A DNA stretch of 64,000 nt, taken from Bacillota bacterium (GTDB taxonomy: Bacteria; Bacillota; Sulfobacillia; JAMDAP01). The notes under the pieces are model-generated. The model was not told where the DNA came from. It made no database searches and was given only the letters and a program-made list of their open reading frames with translations. Positions 9,986 to 18,830 of this stretch are shown here, piece after piece. The position numbers were made by a program, and so were the translations under genes. Every line of letters begins with the position of its first letter. Within the stretch, counting starts at the first letter, position 1. The stretch spans positions 2,024 through 66,023 of the forward strand of contig JBLNCQ010000144.1 of assembly GCA_050260815.1 (NCBI GenBank). The letters are read 5' to 3'.

Positions 9986-11320
9986 CTAATCGACCGTTCC
10001 CGCCACATCGAGCCGTTCGCGGAGGGCCCTTAGTTCTGCGGCCAACGATGACAGAGACCCGGCAACCGTGCCTGCCTCGGCCGCGGCCGCCGCCGCCTCC
10101 CGCACCGCCGCCGCGTACTCGGCAGCCGTCTGGGAGGCGCCCGCCAGGATGGCCTCCACTTGGGCTGCGCCAGCGGACATGTCTTGCGTGGCTGCCGCGT
10201 TGTCTCCCACCACAGCGGCCACCGCGGCGACGGCCTTCTGCGATTCCTCTGCGGCTGCGGCGTTAGCCGCCACAAGCATGGCGGCATCCTCGGTGCCGAT
10301 GACGGTCTGCTCCACCTTCTCGACCACCGTGCGGAGGGCCGCCGCGGCCTCTTCGGACAGGCTAGCCCCCGCTTCCACCTCGCTGCGGCTGCGCTCCATG
10401 GCCTCGGTCAGGCTGGCTGTGCCGGACTGAATCCCGCTAACCAGGCCCGCGATCTCCCTGGCCGACGCAGCAGAGCGCTCCGCCAGCTTGCGCACTTCAT
10501 CGGCCACCACGGCAAAGCCCCGGCCGTGTTCGCCGGCGCGTGCGGCCTCAATGGCTGCATTCAGGGCCAGCAGGTTGGTCTGGTCGGCGATGTCTGTGAT
10601 GACGGCGGTGATCCGACCGATCTGTCCGGAAGCGGCCCCCAGACCCTGCAGCCGCCGGGACGCATCATCCACCGCCTGACGGATATGGTCCATGGCCTCG
10701 ACGGTCTTGGCCACCACCGCCAGACCGGCGGAGGCGGACTCGCCGTTCTGCACTTCCACCTCGCGGATCCGGTTCATGATATCGCTCAGTCCGCCAAGGT
10801 CCGAGGCCAGTTGGGCCGCTGTCTCGGCTGCCACCTGAATATGGCGGCCCTGTTCCTCGGCGCCGGCGGCCACCCGACCGATTGCCTCCCGCAGGTGTGC
10901 AACGACCACTTCTGTGCTGCCGGTGTTCTGTTCTGCCCGACTCTCTTGAGCGAACCCAGCGAACGCCTGGGTGATGCGATTGATTGACTCGCTGGTGTGA
11001 AGCGCCGTCTGCTCGAGCTCCTCCGCGAGGGCCCGGGTGCGCTCGCTAACTTCTGCCACTGCAGCAGCTGCAGCTTCCTGACGAGCGTGTGCTTCCAGGA
11101 CACTGGCCTGTTGACTGCGCCTTACCGATAGGGCCAGGACGGCGGCGAACCAGAGGGCCAGAGCAGCCGCCATCACGGCCGCGCCGGCTCCGATGGCCAG
11201 GACCATGACGCCGCCAGCCATTTTGTCGGCTGCCAGCCAAACCGCGAAGGCAACCAGCAGATTCAGGATCGTTACCGCCAGCGCGAACAATGGCAGAGTG
11301 AAGCGACGGTTGGAGTTCAT
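9986..11320 (-). CDS. methyl-accepting chemotaxis protein (short N-terminal membrane anchor, MCP signal domain)
   Basis: Conserved MCP signalling domain paralogous to the 7458..9311 gene; RBS TGGGGGG upstream of the ATG. Confidence 0.85.
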   Translation of the reverse strand: MNSNRRFTLPLFALAVTILNLLVAFAVWLAADKMAGGVMVLAIGAGAAVMAAALALWFAAVLALSVRRSQQASVLEAHARQEAAAAAVAEVSERTRALAEELEQTALHTSESINRITQAFAGFAQESRAEQNTGSTEVVVAHLREAIGRVAAGAEEQGRHIQVAAETAAQLASDLGGLSDIMNRIREVEVQNGESASAGLAVVAKTVEAMDHIRQAVDDASRRLQGLGAASGQIGRITAVITDIADQTNLLALNAAIEAARAGEHGRGFAVVADEVRKLAERSAASAREIAGLVSGIQSGTASLTEAMERSRSEVEAGASLSEEAAAALRTVVEKVEQTVIGTEDAAMLVAANAAAAEESQKAVAAVAAVVGDNAAATQDMSAGAAQVEAILAGASQTAAEYAAAVREAAAAAAEAGTVAGSLSSLAAELRALRERLDVAGTVD

Positions 11321-11556
11321 TGGACGCCCCCCAAGTTACCATGTCGATAATTCCCTTATGGGGAAGTTTCTACCTGTTGCGCCGACGTTCCTGCGCCGTA
11401 CGTAACTCGGCAGGGCACAGCGCTGTAGCTCCGCTGCACGCCTCACAGGGCCACCGCCCTTGCGCTCTCTCCAACTGAGTGGCAAAATCGGAGGGAACGC
11501 CCCCGCAGGATCGCCCCGGGCGGCAATGCATAACGGCTTCGAGGAGTGATAGCCAA

Positions 11557-12321
11557 GTGAACGGTCGGCTTGACGGAACGGTGGCGCTGGTCACGGGAGC
11601 CAGCAGCGGCATAGGTGAGGCCACGGCGCGGTCCCTGGCTGAACAGGGCGCGGCGGTGGCCCTGGTGGCGCGCCGCCAGGAGAGACTGGAGCGGCTGGCC
11701 GCGGAGATCAGGGAACGCGGTGGCAAGGCGCTCGTCATCAAGGCAGATGTGACGGACCAGGAGCAGGCCAGAGCCGCCGTGGGACGTACGGTTGCGGAAC
11801 TGGGGCGCCTGGACATCGTGATCAACAACGCCGGCGTCATGCTGCTGGGACCCGTTGAGGACGCGCCCACGGAGGAGTGGGAGCGCATGGTCTCGCTGAA
11901 CGTGATGGGCCTGCTGTACATCGCCCACGCCTCCCTGCCGCACCTGCTGAAGGCGGCCCAGGACCCGCTGCGGCGTGTGGCCGACCTGGTCAACATCAGC
12001 TCGGTGGCGGGACGCAGCGCGCGGTTCGGAAGAGCCGTCTATAACCTGACCAAGTTCGGCGTCGGCGCTTTCAGCGAGGCCCTGCGCCAGGAGGTCACGG
12101 GTCGTTACGTCCGCGTCTCCTTGGTCGAGCCCGGCGCGGTGGACACCGAGCTGCCTGACCACATCCGGCCCGAGCTTCGGCCGCAGATGATGGGGGCCCT
12201 GGACAAGCTGGAGAAGCTGAAGTCGGAGGACATTGCCGACAACATCCTCTACATCGTCACCCGTCCCCGCCGCGTGGCCGTCAACGAGCTCCTTGTCCGC
12301 CCAACGGAGCAGGAGACCTGA
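11557..12321 (+). CDS. SDR family NAD(P)-dependent oxidoreductase
   Basis: TGASSGIG cofactor motif, NNAG, YxxxK catalytic motif; GTG start 10 nt after GAGGAG. Confidence 0.8.
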   Translation: MNGRLDGTVALVTGASSGIGEATARSLAEQGAAVALVARRQERLERLAAEIRERGGKALVIKADVTDQEQARAAVGRTVAELGRLDIVINNAGVMLLGPVEDAPTEEWERMVSLNVMGLLYIAHASLPHLLKAAQDPLRRVADLVNISSVAGRSARFGRAVYNLTKFGVGAFSEALRQEVTGRYVRVSLVEPGAVDTELPDHIRPELRPQMMGALDKLEKLKSEDIADNILYIVTRPRRVAVNELLVRPTEQET

Positions 12322-12362
12322 TTCCGAGGCGAGTCTCACTACAGGCACGAACCATACGAAAG

Positions 12363-12389
12363 GGCGCCCGGGACGAATCCCCGGGCGCC
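12363..12389. terminator. 10-bp perfect hairpin between convergent genes
   Basis: GGCGCCCGGG at 12363-12372 pairs with CCCGGGCGCC at 12380-12389; flanked by an A-tract. Confidence 0.5.
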
Positions 12390-12405
12390 ATTGCGTGTCA
12401 GCTAC

Positions 12406-12963
12406 CTAAGTCGACTGGATGATGCCGTAGCTTTCTACGGAAGCCCCGGTCAGTATGGACAGCAGGCCCACCGCGAGCGCCAGCACCTCCTGCTGCGTCA
12501 GCCGAATGCTTCTCCAGCTGCGGGTGGTTGTCTCATTGCGGTCCATGATGACCAACGGGGTCTTTGCAGTGGCACAGAGTATCAGGAGCTGTCCAATCAT
12601 CTCCCACATCCCCGCCCGGTGCAGAAGATCGAACATCCCCGTGATTCGGTGGAGAAGGGGAACGGCATCCCGCGCCACGGAAAACGACCACGTTCCCAAG
12701 ACCACGGCGTTGATGGCTATCTGCGCAAAGAAGGCCAGATAGCCGAGGGACATGAATGAATCCGTCTTGCGGGCTCGCGATGAGAACAGGTTCGAGAAGA
12801 GGATGACAGCCACCGAGATCAGGTTGTAGAAGAAGATCTGAGCCGTTGACGTGAGCAGATTCGGCGATGTTTCCCAGTTTTGAAGCGGGTGCTTGTTGCG
12901 CAGGAAGCCGTCGGGCAGCAAGCAGTGGCTGATGACCGTGACGGAGACGAACACGTGCGTCAA
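12406..12963 (-). CDS. hypothetical membrane protein encoded on a low-GC (~54%) segment
   Basis: 185-aa ORF with several hydrophobic helices; TTG start overlapping (TTGA) the stop of the upstream kinase; GC content is clearly below the ~70% background. Confidence 0.4.
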   Translation of the reverse strand: MTHVFVSVTVISHCLLPDGFLRNKHPLQNWETSPNLLTSTAQIFFYNLISVAVILFSNLFSSRARKTDSFMSLGYLAFFAQIAINAVVLGTWSFSVARDAVPLLHRITGMFDLLHRAGMWEMIGQLLILCATAKTPLVIMDRNETTTRSWRSIRLTQQEVLALAVGLLSILTGASVESYGIIQST

Positions 12964-14018
12964 GTGAACAGAGAAAGCTGGTGGGCCCTGACGGGCTCCG
13001 GCGCGTCCTCTCCTGGCGCCGCGGGCAGCGTCTCCAGGCGCGTGGAGTCGATCAGCTGGTCGATCACCTGTGCCATCCGCCGGCCCTCCGCCACAATGGC
13101 GCCCATGCTCTGGGCTAAACGCTCGTCTGTACCCTGCAGGCGCTCCTCCGCCAACTGCGCCTGTCCTATCAGAGTGGTGAGAGGATTGCGCAGGTCGTCG
13201 GAGATGGCGCGGACGTGGTTCTCGCGCTGCTCCTCCAGCTCATGCAGGCGGGTGATGTCCGTCAGCGACAGGACCGCTCCCAGGATGACACTGCCGATGC
13301 CTCGGATGGGCGCGGCGCTGGACGTGCACCAGGTGAGCCCGCCGGACGTCCGCCGAATAGCGGCAACAAAGCCCCGCACCGTTTCGCCCTTCAGCGCGCG
13401 CACCGCCGGCAGCTCTTCGTAAGGGACGGGCAGCCCGTTCTCCTTCAGTACGCGTCGAATGATCCCGCGGTCCTCGATGGTCTTCCGGCGCTGCTTCTCG
13501 GGGACGCGGCCGAGCAAGCTCTCCGCCGCGGCGTTCATCCTGACGATCTGCCCGGTGGGGGAGTAGACGACCAGGCCGTCCGCCGCGGCGGTCAGAATGG
13601 CCTCCGCTTCCCCGGTACGCGTGGGATCCTCTGCCAGCAAGTGCAGGCCGCGGTCGGTCACGTCTCGCAGCACAGCCACCACCGACTCCACCGGGCGCCC
13701 CGGACGCCGCACGGGCGCCAGAATGTACTCGTAGCTGCGCAACTCGTTCCGGGCCGGGAGGGTGACGTGGCCCCTGCGCGCCTGCCCGAGGGCCACGACC
13801 CGAGCGCAGGAGGCCTCAAACGGCTTCATGACGGCTGCCGGCAGGCCGATCTCCGACCATCGCCGTCCCTCCATGTCTTCGGGCCGCCAGCCGAGGGCCT
13901 CAGCGGCAGCAGGGCTTACGTAGACAAATCGTCCGTCGGCATCGAACATGTAGATGGGGTCCAAGGCGGCCCTCAGGACGGACTCCAGTAGCCTTTCCCT
14001 GGCAGTTGACCCTTTCAC
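12960..14018 (-). CDS. PAS-PAS-HisKA sensor kinase lacking the HATPase_c domain
   Basis: Two PAS-like regions and an H-box (HELEEQRENHVRAISDDLRNPLT); the protein ends shortly after HisKA; GGAGG-N7-GTG start at 14018. Confidence 0.6.
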   Translation of the reverse strand: MKGSTARERLLESVLRAALDPIYMFDADGRFVYVSPAAAEALGWRPEDMEGRRWSEIGLPAAVMKPFEASCARVVALGQARRGHVTLPARNELRSYEYILAPVRRPGRPVESVVAVLRDVTDRGLHLLAEDPTRTGEAEAILTAAADGLVVYSPTGQIVRMNAAAESLLGRVPEKQRRKTIEDRGIIRRVLKENGLPVPYEELPAVRALKGETVRGFVAAIRRTSGGLTWCTSSAAPIRGIGSVILGAVLSLTDITRLHELEEQRENHVRAISDDLRNPLTTLIGQAQLAEERLQGTDERLAQSMGAIVAEGRRMAQVIDQLIDSTRLETLPAAPGEDAPEPVRAHQLSLFT

Positions 14019-14219
14019 GGCGGCGCCTCCCGGGTCTGACCTGGTGGGTGGCGGAAGGAAACTGCCGGAGAATTCGACCTCGGCACCAGCGGTCCCCTGC
14101 TGACCTGACAAAGCATGACGGCTGATGTGTAGGCCACGGACCATTCCCCGCGCCGCCTGCCAATAAACGGGCAGCCCCGCCAGTCCGCAAGCGACTGACG
14201 GGGCTCTGTTTCAGGAGGG

Positions 14220-15629
14220 TCACTCGGCCGGCAGCCGCTTCAGGACCTCCGTGAACTGTGGCAGGTATTCTGCGTTCTCCCGCAGGATATCGTTGAGCAG
14301 TTTTCGGGCAGTTTGCGCGGATGGCACCAGCGGGTTGAGCGTCAGCGCCTGCAGGGCCAGGCCGTAGTCGCCATGGACGGCGGCCTCCACAGTCAGCAGT
14401 TCGTAGGACTTCATGAGCTGAACGAGGCCCCGGGCAGGGAGAGGGAGGTGCCCCATGGTCACCGGCCGGGGGCCGGCGGAGGTGATGACGCTGCTCACCT
14501 CGACCGCCACGTCGTCGGGCAGGTCGGCGAGGGCCCCGTTGTTGCGGGTGTTCACCGGCTGGACGTCGCCCTTGTTGCCGTAGAGGGAGGAGATCAGGGC
14601 GCAGGCCGCGTCGCTGTAGTAGGCCCCACCGCGCTTCTCCAACTGCGGCGGCTTGATGGCCAGGTTGGGGTCTTTGTAGAGCTCGAACAGCTCGGCCTCC
14701 AGCTTCTGCACCTGCTCGCCGCGGGTGCCGGCGGTGCGCGCCGCCTCCATCTCCTCGGCCAGCATCTGGTCGGCCTGGTAGTAGTAGCGGTGGTAAGGGC
14801 AGGGGAGCATGCCAAGCGAGCGCGTGAACGCAGGCTCCCAGCCCAGGTCGGGGATGTTCTTCATGGTCATGCCGCGGCCCGTGGCGCCGCTCGCACCCAC
14901 GCCGCCGGCGTCGCTGGAACCCGCCGCCAACCCGCCACCGTCGCCCCCCGCCAGCACGTCGATGACCTGGTGGGTGATCTCCTGCCCGTCCAGGTAGACG
15001 TGCAGCCCGTAGACCAGGTGGTTGAGGCCGGCAAAGTCGATGGCTACGCGGTCGGCGGGGACGTCCAGGAAGCGGGCCACGGCCATTTGCATGCCAATGG
15101 GCACGTTGCAGAGGCCGACGCTCTTCACGCGGCCGTAGCGATGTAGGGCCTCCGCCAGGATGCCGCTGGGGTTGGTGAAGTTGATCAGCCAGGCGTTGGG
15201 GCACAGCTCCTCCATGTCCCGGGCGATGTCCAGGATGACGGGGATGGTCCGCAGCGCCTTGGCAAAGCCGCCGGGGCCCGTGGTCTCCTGCCCGATCACG
15301 CTGTACCGGAGCGGTATCTTTTCGTCCCGGATGCGGGCGTCCAGCAGCCCCACCCGAAACTGCGTGGTGACGAAGTCGGCGCCGGGCAGGGCGGCGCTGC
15401 GGTCCAGGCTCAGGTGGATCTGGATGTTCAGGCCCGCCCTGGCGACCATGCGCCGGGCCAGTGCCCCGACAATCTCGAGTTTCTGCTGCCCTGCCGGGAT
15501 GTCCACCAGCCAGATCTCGCCCACGGGCAGCTCGTCCGCCCGTTTGATGAAGCCCTCGATAAGCTCCGGCGTATAGCTGGAGCCGCCGCCGATGGTCACG
15601 ACCTTGAGGCGCGAATCCCGCCTAGCCAT
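14220..15629 (-). CDS. chbF: 6-phospho-beta-glucosidase, glycoside hydrolase family 4
   Basis: GH4 NAD/Mn-dependent motifs (KVVTIGGGSSYTPE, GLCNVP); last gene of the PTS operon. Confidence 0.85.
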   Translation of the reverse strand: MARRDSRLKVVTIGGGSSYTPELIEGFIKRADELPVGEIWLVDIPAGQQKLEIVGALARRMVARAGLNIQIHLSLDRSAALPGADFVTTQFRVGLLDARIRDEKIPLRYSVIGQETTGPGGFAKALRTIPVILDIARDMEELCPNAWLINFTNPSGILAEALHRYGRVKSVGLCNVPIGMQMAVARFLDVPADRVAIDFAGLNHLVYGLHVYLDGQEITHQVIDVLAGGDGGGLAAGSSDAGGVGASGATGRGMTMKNIPDLGWEPAFTRSLGMLPCPYHRYYYQADQMLAEEMEAARTAGTRGEQVQKLEAELFELYKDPNLAIKPPQLEKRGGAYYSDAACALISSLYGNKGDVQPVNTRNNGALADLPDDVAVEVSSVITSAGPRPVTMGHLPLPARGLVQLMKSYELLTVEAAVHGDYGLALQALTLNPLVPSAQTARKLLNDILRENAEYLPQFTEVLKRLPAE

Positions 15630-16344
15630 GGACCAGCCTCCTCTGCTCGTCGCGGTAGTTGACCAGCGTGATGTCGTGGGAAGCCACATACTCCAACACG
15701 CGAGGGTCGGTCAGCGTTGCCAGCTCCGTTGCCCGCTCGCGTGCATAGCTGGTGAGGCGCAGGAGGTCCTCGTCCACCTGGGCCGGGTGGGTCATGATTT
15801 CAAAGAGGCTGTCCGGCAGTCGCGCCAGCAGATCCAGCAGGTGGTCGACGCTGATGGCGTTGCTGCCGTAGAAGGCATCCGTAAAGCCGTTGCTGATCTC
15901 CCGGAGGGGAATGCCCAGCCCGGCGGCCTCTGCCTCCATGGCCTCCGCCGCGGCGGGCAGGTAGCGGTGGATGTGGTGATGGCTGTCCAGGTGCGTGGGC
16001 GTGAGGCCGGAGGCCAGGAAGGCCTGCACCTGAGCCGAAATCTCCCGGCGCACCTGCTCCGGTCGGGCGTACTCCAGGAGTTCGGGCATCTTCAGGAAGT
16101 TCCCTTCCGGCCCCACCAGGCTGTCGCCGCCGGTCGCCAGCGGCCGGCCGGAGGTTAGGGTAATATGAATGCCCACGCCAAGGCCCGGTGTGGCCCGGGC
16201 TAGGGCGTAGGCCTCCTCTGCTGCGGAGCCGTTGACCAGCAGCGTGGTGCTCCGGACGATGCCCTCCCGGTAGGCACGCAGGATGCCGAGGTTCACACCC
16301 CGGCAGAGCCCAAAGTCATCCGCGTTGACAACCAGCCGTTTCAC
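15622..16344 (-). CDS. chbG: chitooligosaccharide deacetylase ChbG/YdjC family
   Basis: YdjC-like NADDFG and HxH motifs; GTG start after GGAGG; overlaps the neighbouring genes by 8 and 4 nt. Confidence 0.8.
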   Translation of the reverse strand: MKRLVVNADDFGLCRGVNLGILRAYREGIVRSTTLLVNGSAAEEAYALARATPGLGVGIHITLTSGRPLATGGDSLVGPEGNFLKMPELLEYARPEQVRREISAQVQAFLASGLTPTHLDSHHHIHRYLPAAAEAMEAEAAGLGIPLREISNGFTDAFYGSNAISVDHLLDLLARLPDSLFEIMTHPAQVDEDLLRLTSYARERATELATLTDPRVLEYVASHDITLVNYRDEQRRLVHG

Positions 16345-16649
16345 CGCCGTACCTCCAGGACCCTAATCAGCCGCTCAATGAGGTTAATCTCCGCGATGGC
16401 CGTCATCAGGTGGTCCTGGCCGTGAACCAGCAGTAGGGTGGGTGCAGCGCCACGACCCGCCGCCTCATCCTGGATGAGCGCAGTCTGCTGGGAGTGGGCG
16501 CTCCTGATTTCGTCGGAAGCTTCGTGGATCTTGGCGGCAGCAGCAGCGTAGTCGCCTGCCAGCGCCAGGTCGAAGGCCTGATACGCCAGCGCCCGCGCGT
16601 TGCCGCTGTGGATGATAAGCTGCATTGTGGTCTGTTCCAGGTCCACCAT
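16341..16649 (-). CDS. chbA: PTS cellobiose/lactose-family EIIA component
   Basis: ~100-aa helical EIIA-Lac protein with conserved His; RBS AAGGAG. Confidence 0.8.
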   Translation of the reverse strand: MVDLEQTTMQLIIHSGNARALAYQAFDLALAGDYAAAAAKIHEASDEIRSAHSQQTALIQDEAAGRGAAPTLLLVHGQDHLMTAIAEINLIERLIRVLEVRR

Positions 16650-16732
16650 GTCCGTTCTCCTTTAGGTGGGTGGGAGGGGGCGTGCGTCGCCAAGGTGTGC
16701 CCCCTCCCACGAGTAGCGTAGCAGCAGCGGTT

Positions 16733-18010
16733 CTACGCGGTAAGCTGCTGGGTCCCCGCCAGCTTGCCGTTCTCCTCCTGCAGCTTCATCCGGTCGTAGG
16801 CGCGGAAGAAGGGGTAATAGATCACCGTGGCGATGGCCACGTTGACCAGTTGCAGGACCACGGCCCTCCAGTCGGCGGTGGTGATCAGGCCGCCGGCGAT
16901 GACCGGGGTGGCCCAGTTGGCCACGGCGATGGTGCGCCCTACCAGACCGCTGGCCATGGCCGCATAGGTCACCAGAGTCAGGACCACCGGAGCGAGCACA
17001 AAGGGAATGAGCAGCACCGGATTCATAATCATCGGGGCGCCGAAGAGAATGGGCTCGTTGATGTTGAAGAGGGCCGGCCCAATGGCGATCTTGCCCAAAG
17101 CTTTCATCTGCTGCGATTTGGCGAAGGCCAGCATCAGGATGGCCAGGCCCAGCGAGGCGCCCGCACCGCCGATATAGACGAAGATGTCGAGGAACGGGGC
17201 GGTGATCAGGTTGGGCGCAGCCTGCCCGGCGGCGAAGGCCTCTGCGTTCTGCGTGGCCGCCTGGAGGAAGAAGGGCCCAAAGATTGTGAAGACGATGGTG
17301 CCTCCGTGGGCGCCGACGGACCAGAGCAGGTGGACCAGCATGACGGCGATGAGGGCGCCGGCCAGAGAGCCGCCCAGGACCCGGAGGGGTTCGAAGATCT
17401 TGAGGATGATGTCGTTGACGGAGATGTGGAAGAGGGCGAAGACTATGCCGCGGAGGGCCACGAACACCAGCAGGACCGCCAGGCCGGGGAGCAGGGCGGA
17501 GAAGGACTTGCCAACGGCCGGCGGGACGCCGTCCGGCATGCGGATGACAATGTTGCGCTTGACGAACCAGTGCTGAATCTCCACCGCCAGCATGGACGTG
17601 ATCATGGCGGTGAACAGCCAGCCTGCGGTGTGGAAGGGCAGGCCCCAGGCGCCCTCCACCTCAGGTGTGACCACAATCAGCGCGGCCACGGCCATGAGGC
17701 CGCCAATGGTCCCGTCCATCTTGTACCGCTGGGCCAGCGATGAGCCGATGGAGAACGACGCCATCAGCGAGACGATGCCCAGGGTGGCGTCCCAGATGTC
17801 CACGCCGTAGGGCTTGATGAACTTGATGAAGGCCAGGTCGCCCCAGCCCTTGATGGGCACGTTGAGGATCAGCGTGGCGAAGGACCCGATGATGAGGAAG
17901 GGCACGACCATGGTCAGGCCATCGCGGAGCGAGGCCATGTGCCGCTGCTCCGAGATCCGGGCCGCGGCCGGGGCGAGATACCGCTCAATCCATTCCATGA
18001 GCTTTTTCAC
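16733..18010 (-). CDS. chbC: PTS cellobiose-family EIIC permease
   Basis: 425-aa polytopic membrane protein with EIIC-Lac family motifs. Confidence 0.85.
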   Translation of the reverse strand: MKKLMEWIERYLAPAAARISEQRHMASLRDGLTMVVPFLIIGSFATLILNVPIKGWGDLAFIKFIKPYGVDIWDATLGIVSLMASFSIGSSLAQRYKMDGTIGGLMAVAALIVVTPEVEGAWGLPFHTAGWLFTAMITSMLAVEIQHWFVKRNIVIRMPDGVPPAVGKSFSALLPGLAVLLVFVALRGIVFALFHISVNDIILKIFEPLRVLGGSLAGALIAVMLVHLLWSVGAHGGTIVFTIFGPFFLQAATQNAEAFAAGQAAPNLITAPFLDIFVYIGGAGASLGLAILMLAFAKSQQMKALGKIAIGPALFNINEPILFGAPMIMNPVLLIPFVLAPVVLTLVTYAAMASGLVGRTIAVANWATPVIAGGLITTADWRAVVLQLVNVAIATVIYYPFFRAYDRMKLQEENGKLAGTQQLTA

Positions 18011-18031
18011 GCGTCTCAGCTCCCAGATGTG

Positions 18032-18334
18032 TTATCGGATCAGAGCCAGAGCCTGGTCCAGAACCTTGGCGCCGTTCACGGTGCCGTAAGCCATCATGTC
18101 GATGATGTCCAGGGGTTTCCCCCTGGCCGCCGCCACCTTCTTGAAGTCATTCAGGCGGTAGCGGATCTGCGGCCCCAGCAGGGCGACGTCCGCCTCGTCC
18201 AGGCGGCTCTCAAAGTCGGCGGCGGGAATGGCCTCGATCTCCACCTGGAGCTGCCGCTCCTGGGCCACCTTCTTCATCCGCGCGACCAGGAGGCTGGTGG
18301 ACATGCCGGCTGAGCAGCAGAGCAGGATTCGCAT
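18032..18334 (-). CDS. chbB: PTS cellobiose-family EIIB component
   Basis: MRILLCCSAGMSTS active-site Cys motif; ~100 aa. Confidence 0.8.
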   Translation of the reverse strand: MRILLCCSAGMSTSLLVARMKKVAQERQLQVEIEAIPAADFESRLDEADVALLGPQIRYRLNDFKKVAAARGKPLDIIDMMAYGTVNGAKVLDQALALIR

Positions 18335-18365
18335 TGCCTTGCACCCCTTTCCAACGCCAGGTTCA

Positions 18366-18620
18366 TCAGGAGCCAGGTTCGCCGAAGTGGTTTGCCGCCA
18401 GCCGCCCGATAGCTGCCAGAGCCTCCGCCTCGTCCACCCCGTCGGCCTGGACGGCGACGCGTTCACCGGCCTGAACGCCGAGTGAGAGGACGGAGAGCAG
18501 GCTCTTGGCGTTGACCCTGCGGTCTCCCCGGACCACAGTGATCTTCGCCTGAAAGGCCCTGGCGGTCTCGACCAGGTGGGCCGCCGGGCGGGCGTGAAGC
18601 CCAACCGCGGCGCTCACCAC
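18366..18620 (-). CDS. ptsH: phosphocarrier protein HPr
   Basis: GLHARPAA His-15 region and the VNAKS Ser-46 region; the N-terminus may be slightly mis-set. Confidence 0.7.
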   Translation of the reverse strand: MVSAAVGLHARPAAHLVETARAFQAKITVVRGDRRVNAKSLLSVLSLGVQAGERVAVQADGVDEAEALAAIGRLAANHFGEPGS

Positions 18621-18685
18621 GAATTCGAGCTGCTGCGTCTCGCACCACCCCCTTGCTGATGGGACTCAGGCGCCTGCCAGATAGA

Positions 18686-18705
18686 GAAGCACGAACCGTG
18701 CCAAA
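18686..18705 (-). promoter_or_regulatory. sigma-54 (-24/-12) promoter of the PTS operon
   Basis: Minus-strand TGGCACG-gttc-GTGCT, matching the TGGCACG-N4-TTGCW consensus; ~65 nt upstream of ptsH. Confidence 0.5.
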
Positions 18706-18751
18706 CCCGGCAGGCGCCTGAAATGCTTATCGCTTCAGGGGCTAGAGGTGC

Positions 18752-18830
18752 TCAAGACACTTCTGGGAGAGTCAAGACACATCTGGGGAACCAAGACACT
18801 AGGAAGACAGTTTGTCTTCGCCCAGGACAC
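18752..18830. promoter_or_regulatory. upstream activating sequence: phased CAAGACAC repeats plus an AAGACA inverted repeat
   Basis: TCAAGACAC at 18752, 18772 and 18792 (20-bp phasing); GAAGACAG-tt-TGTCTTCG palindrome at 18803-18820; CAGGACAC at 18823; lies ~50-130 bp upstream of the -24 element. Confidence 0.45.
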
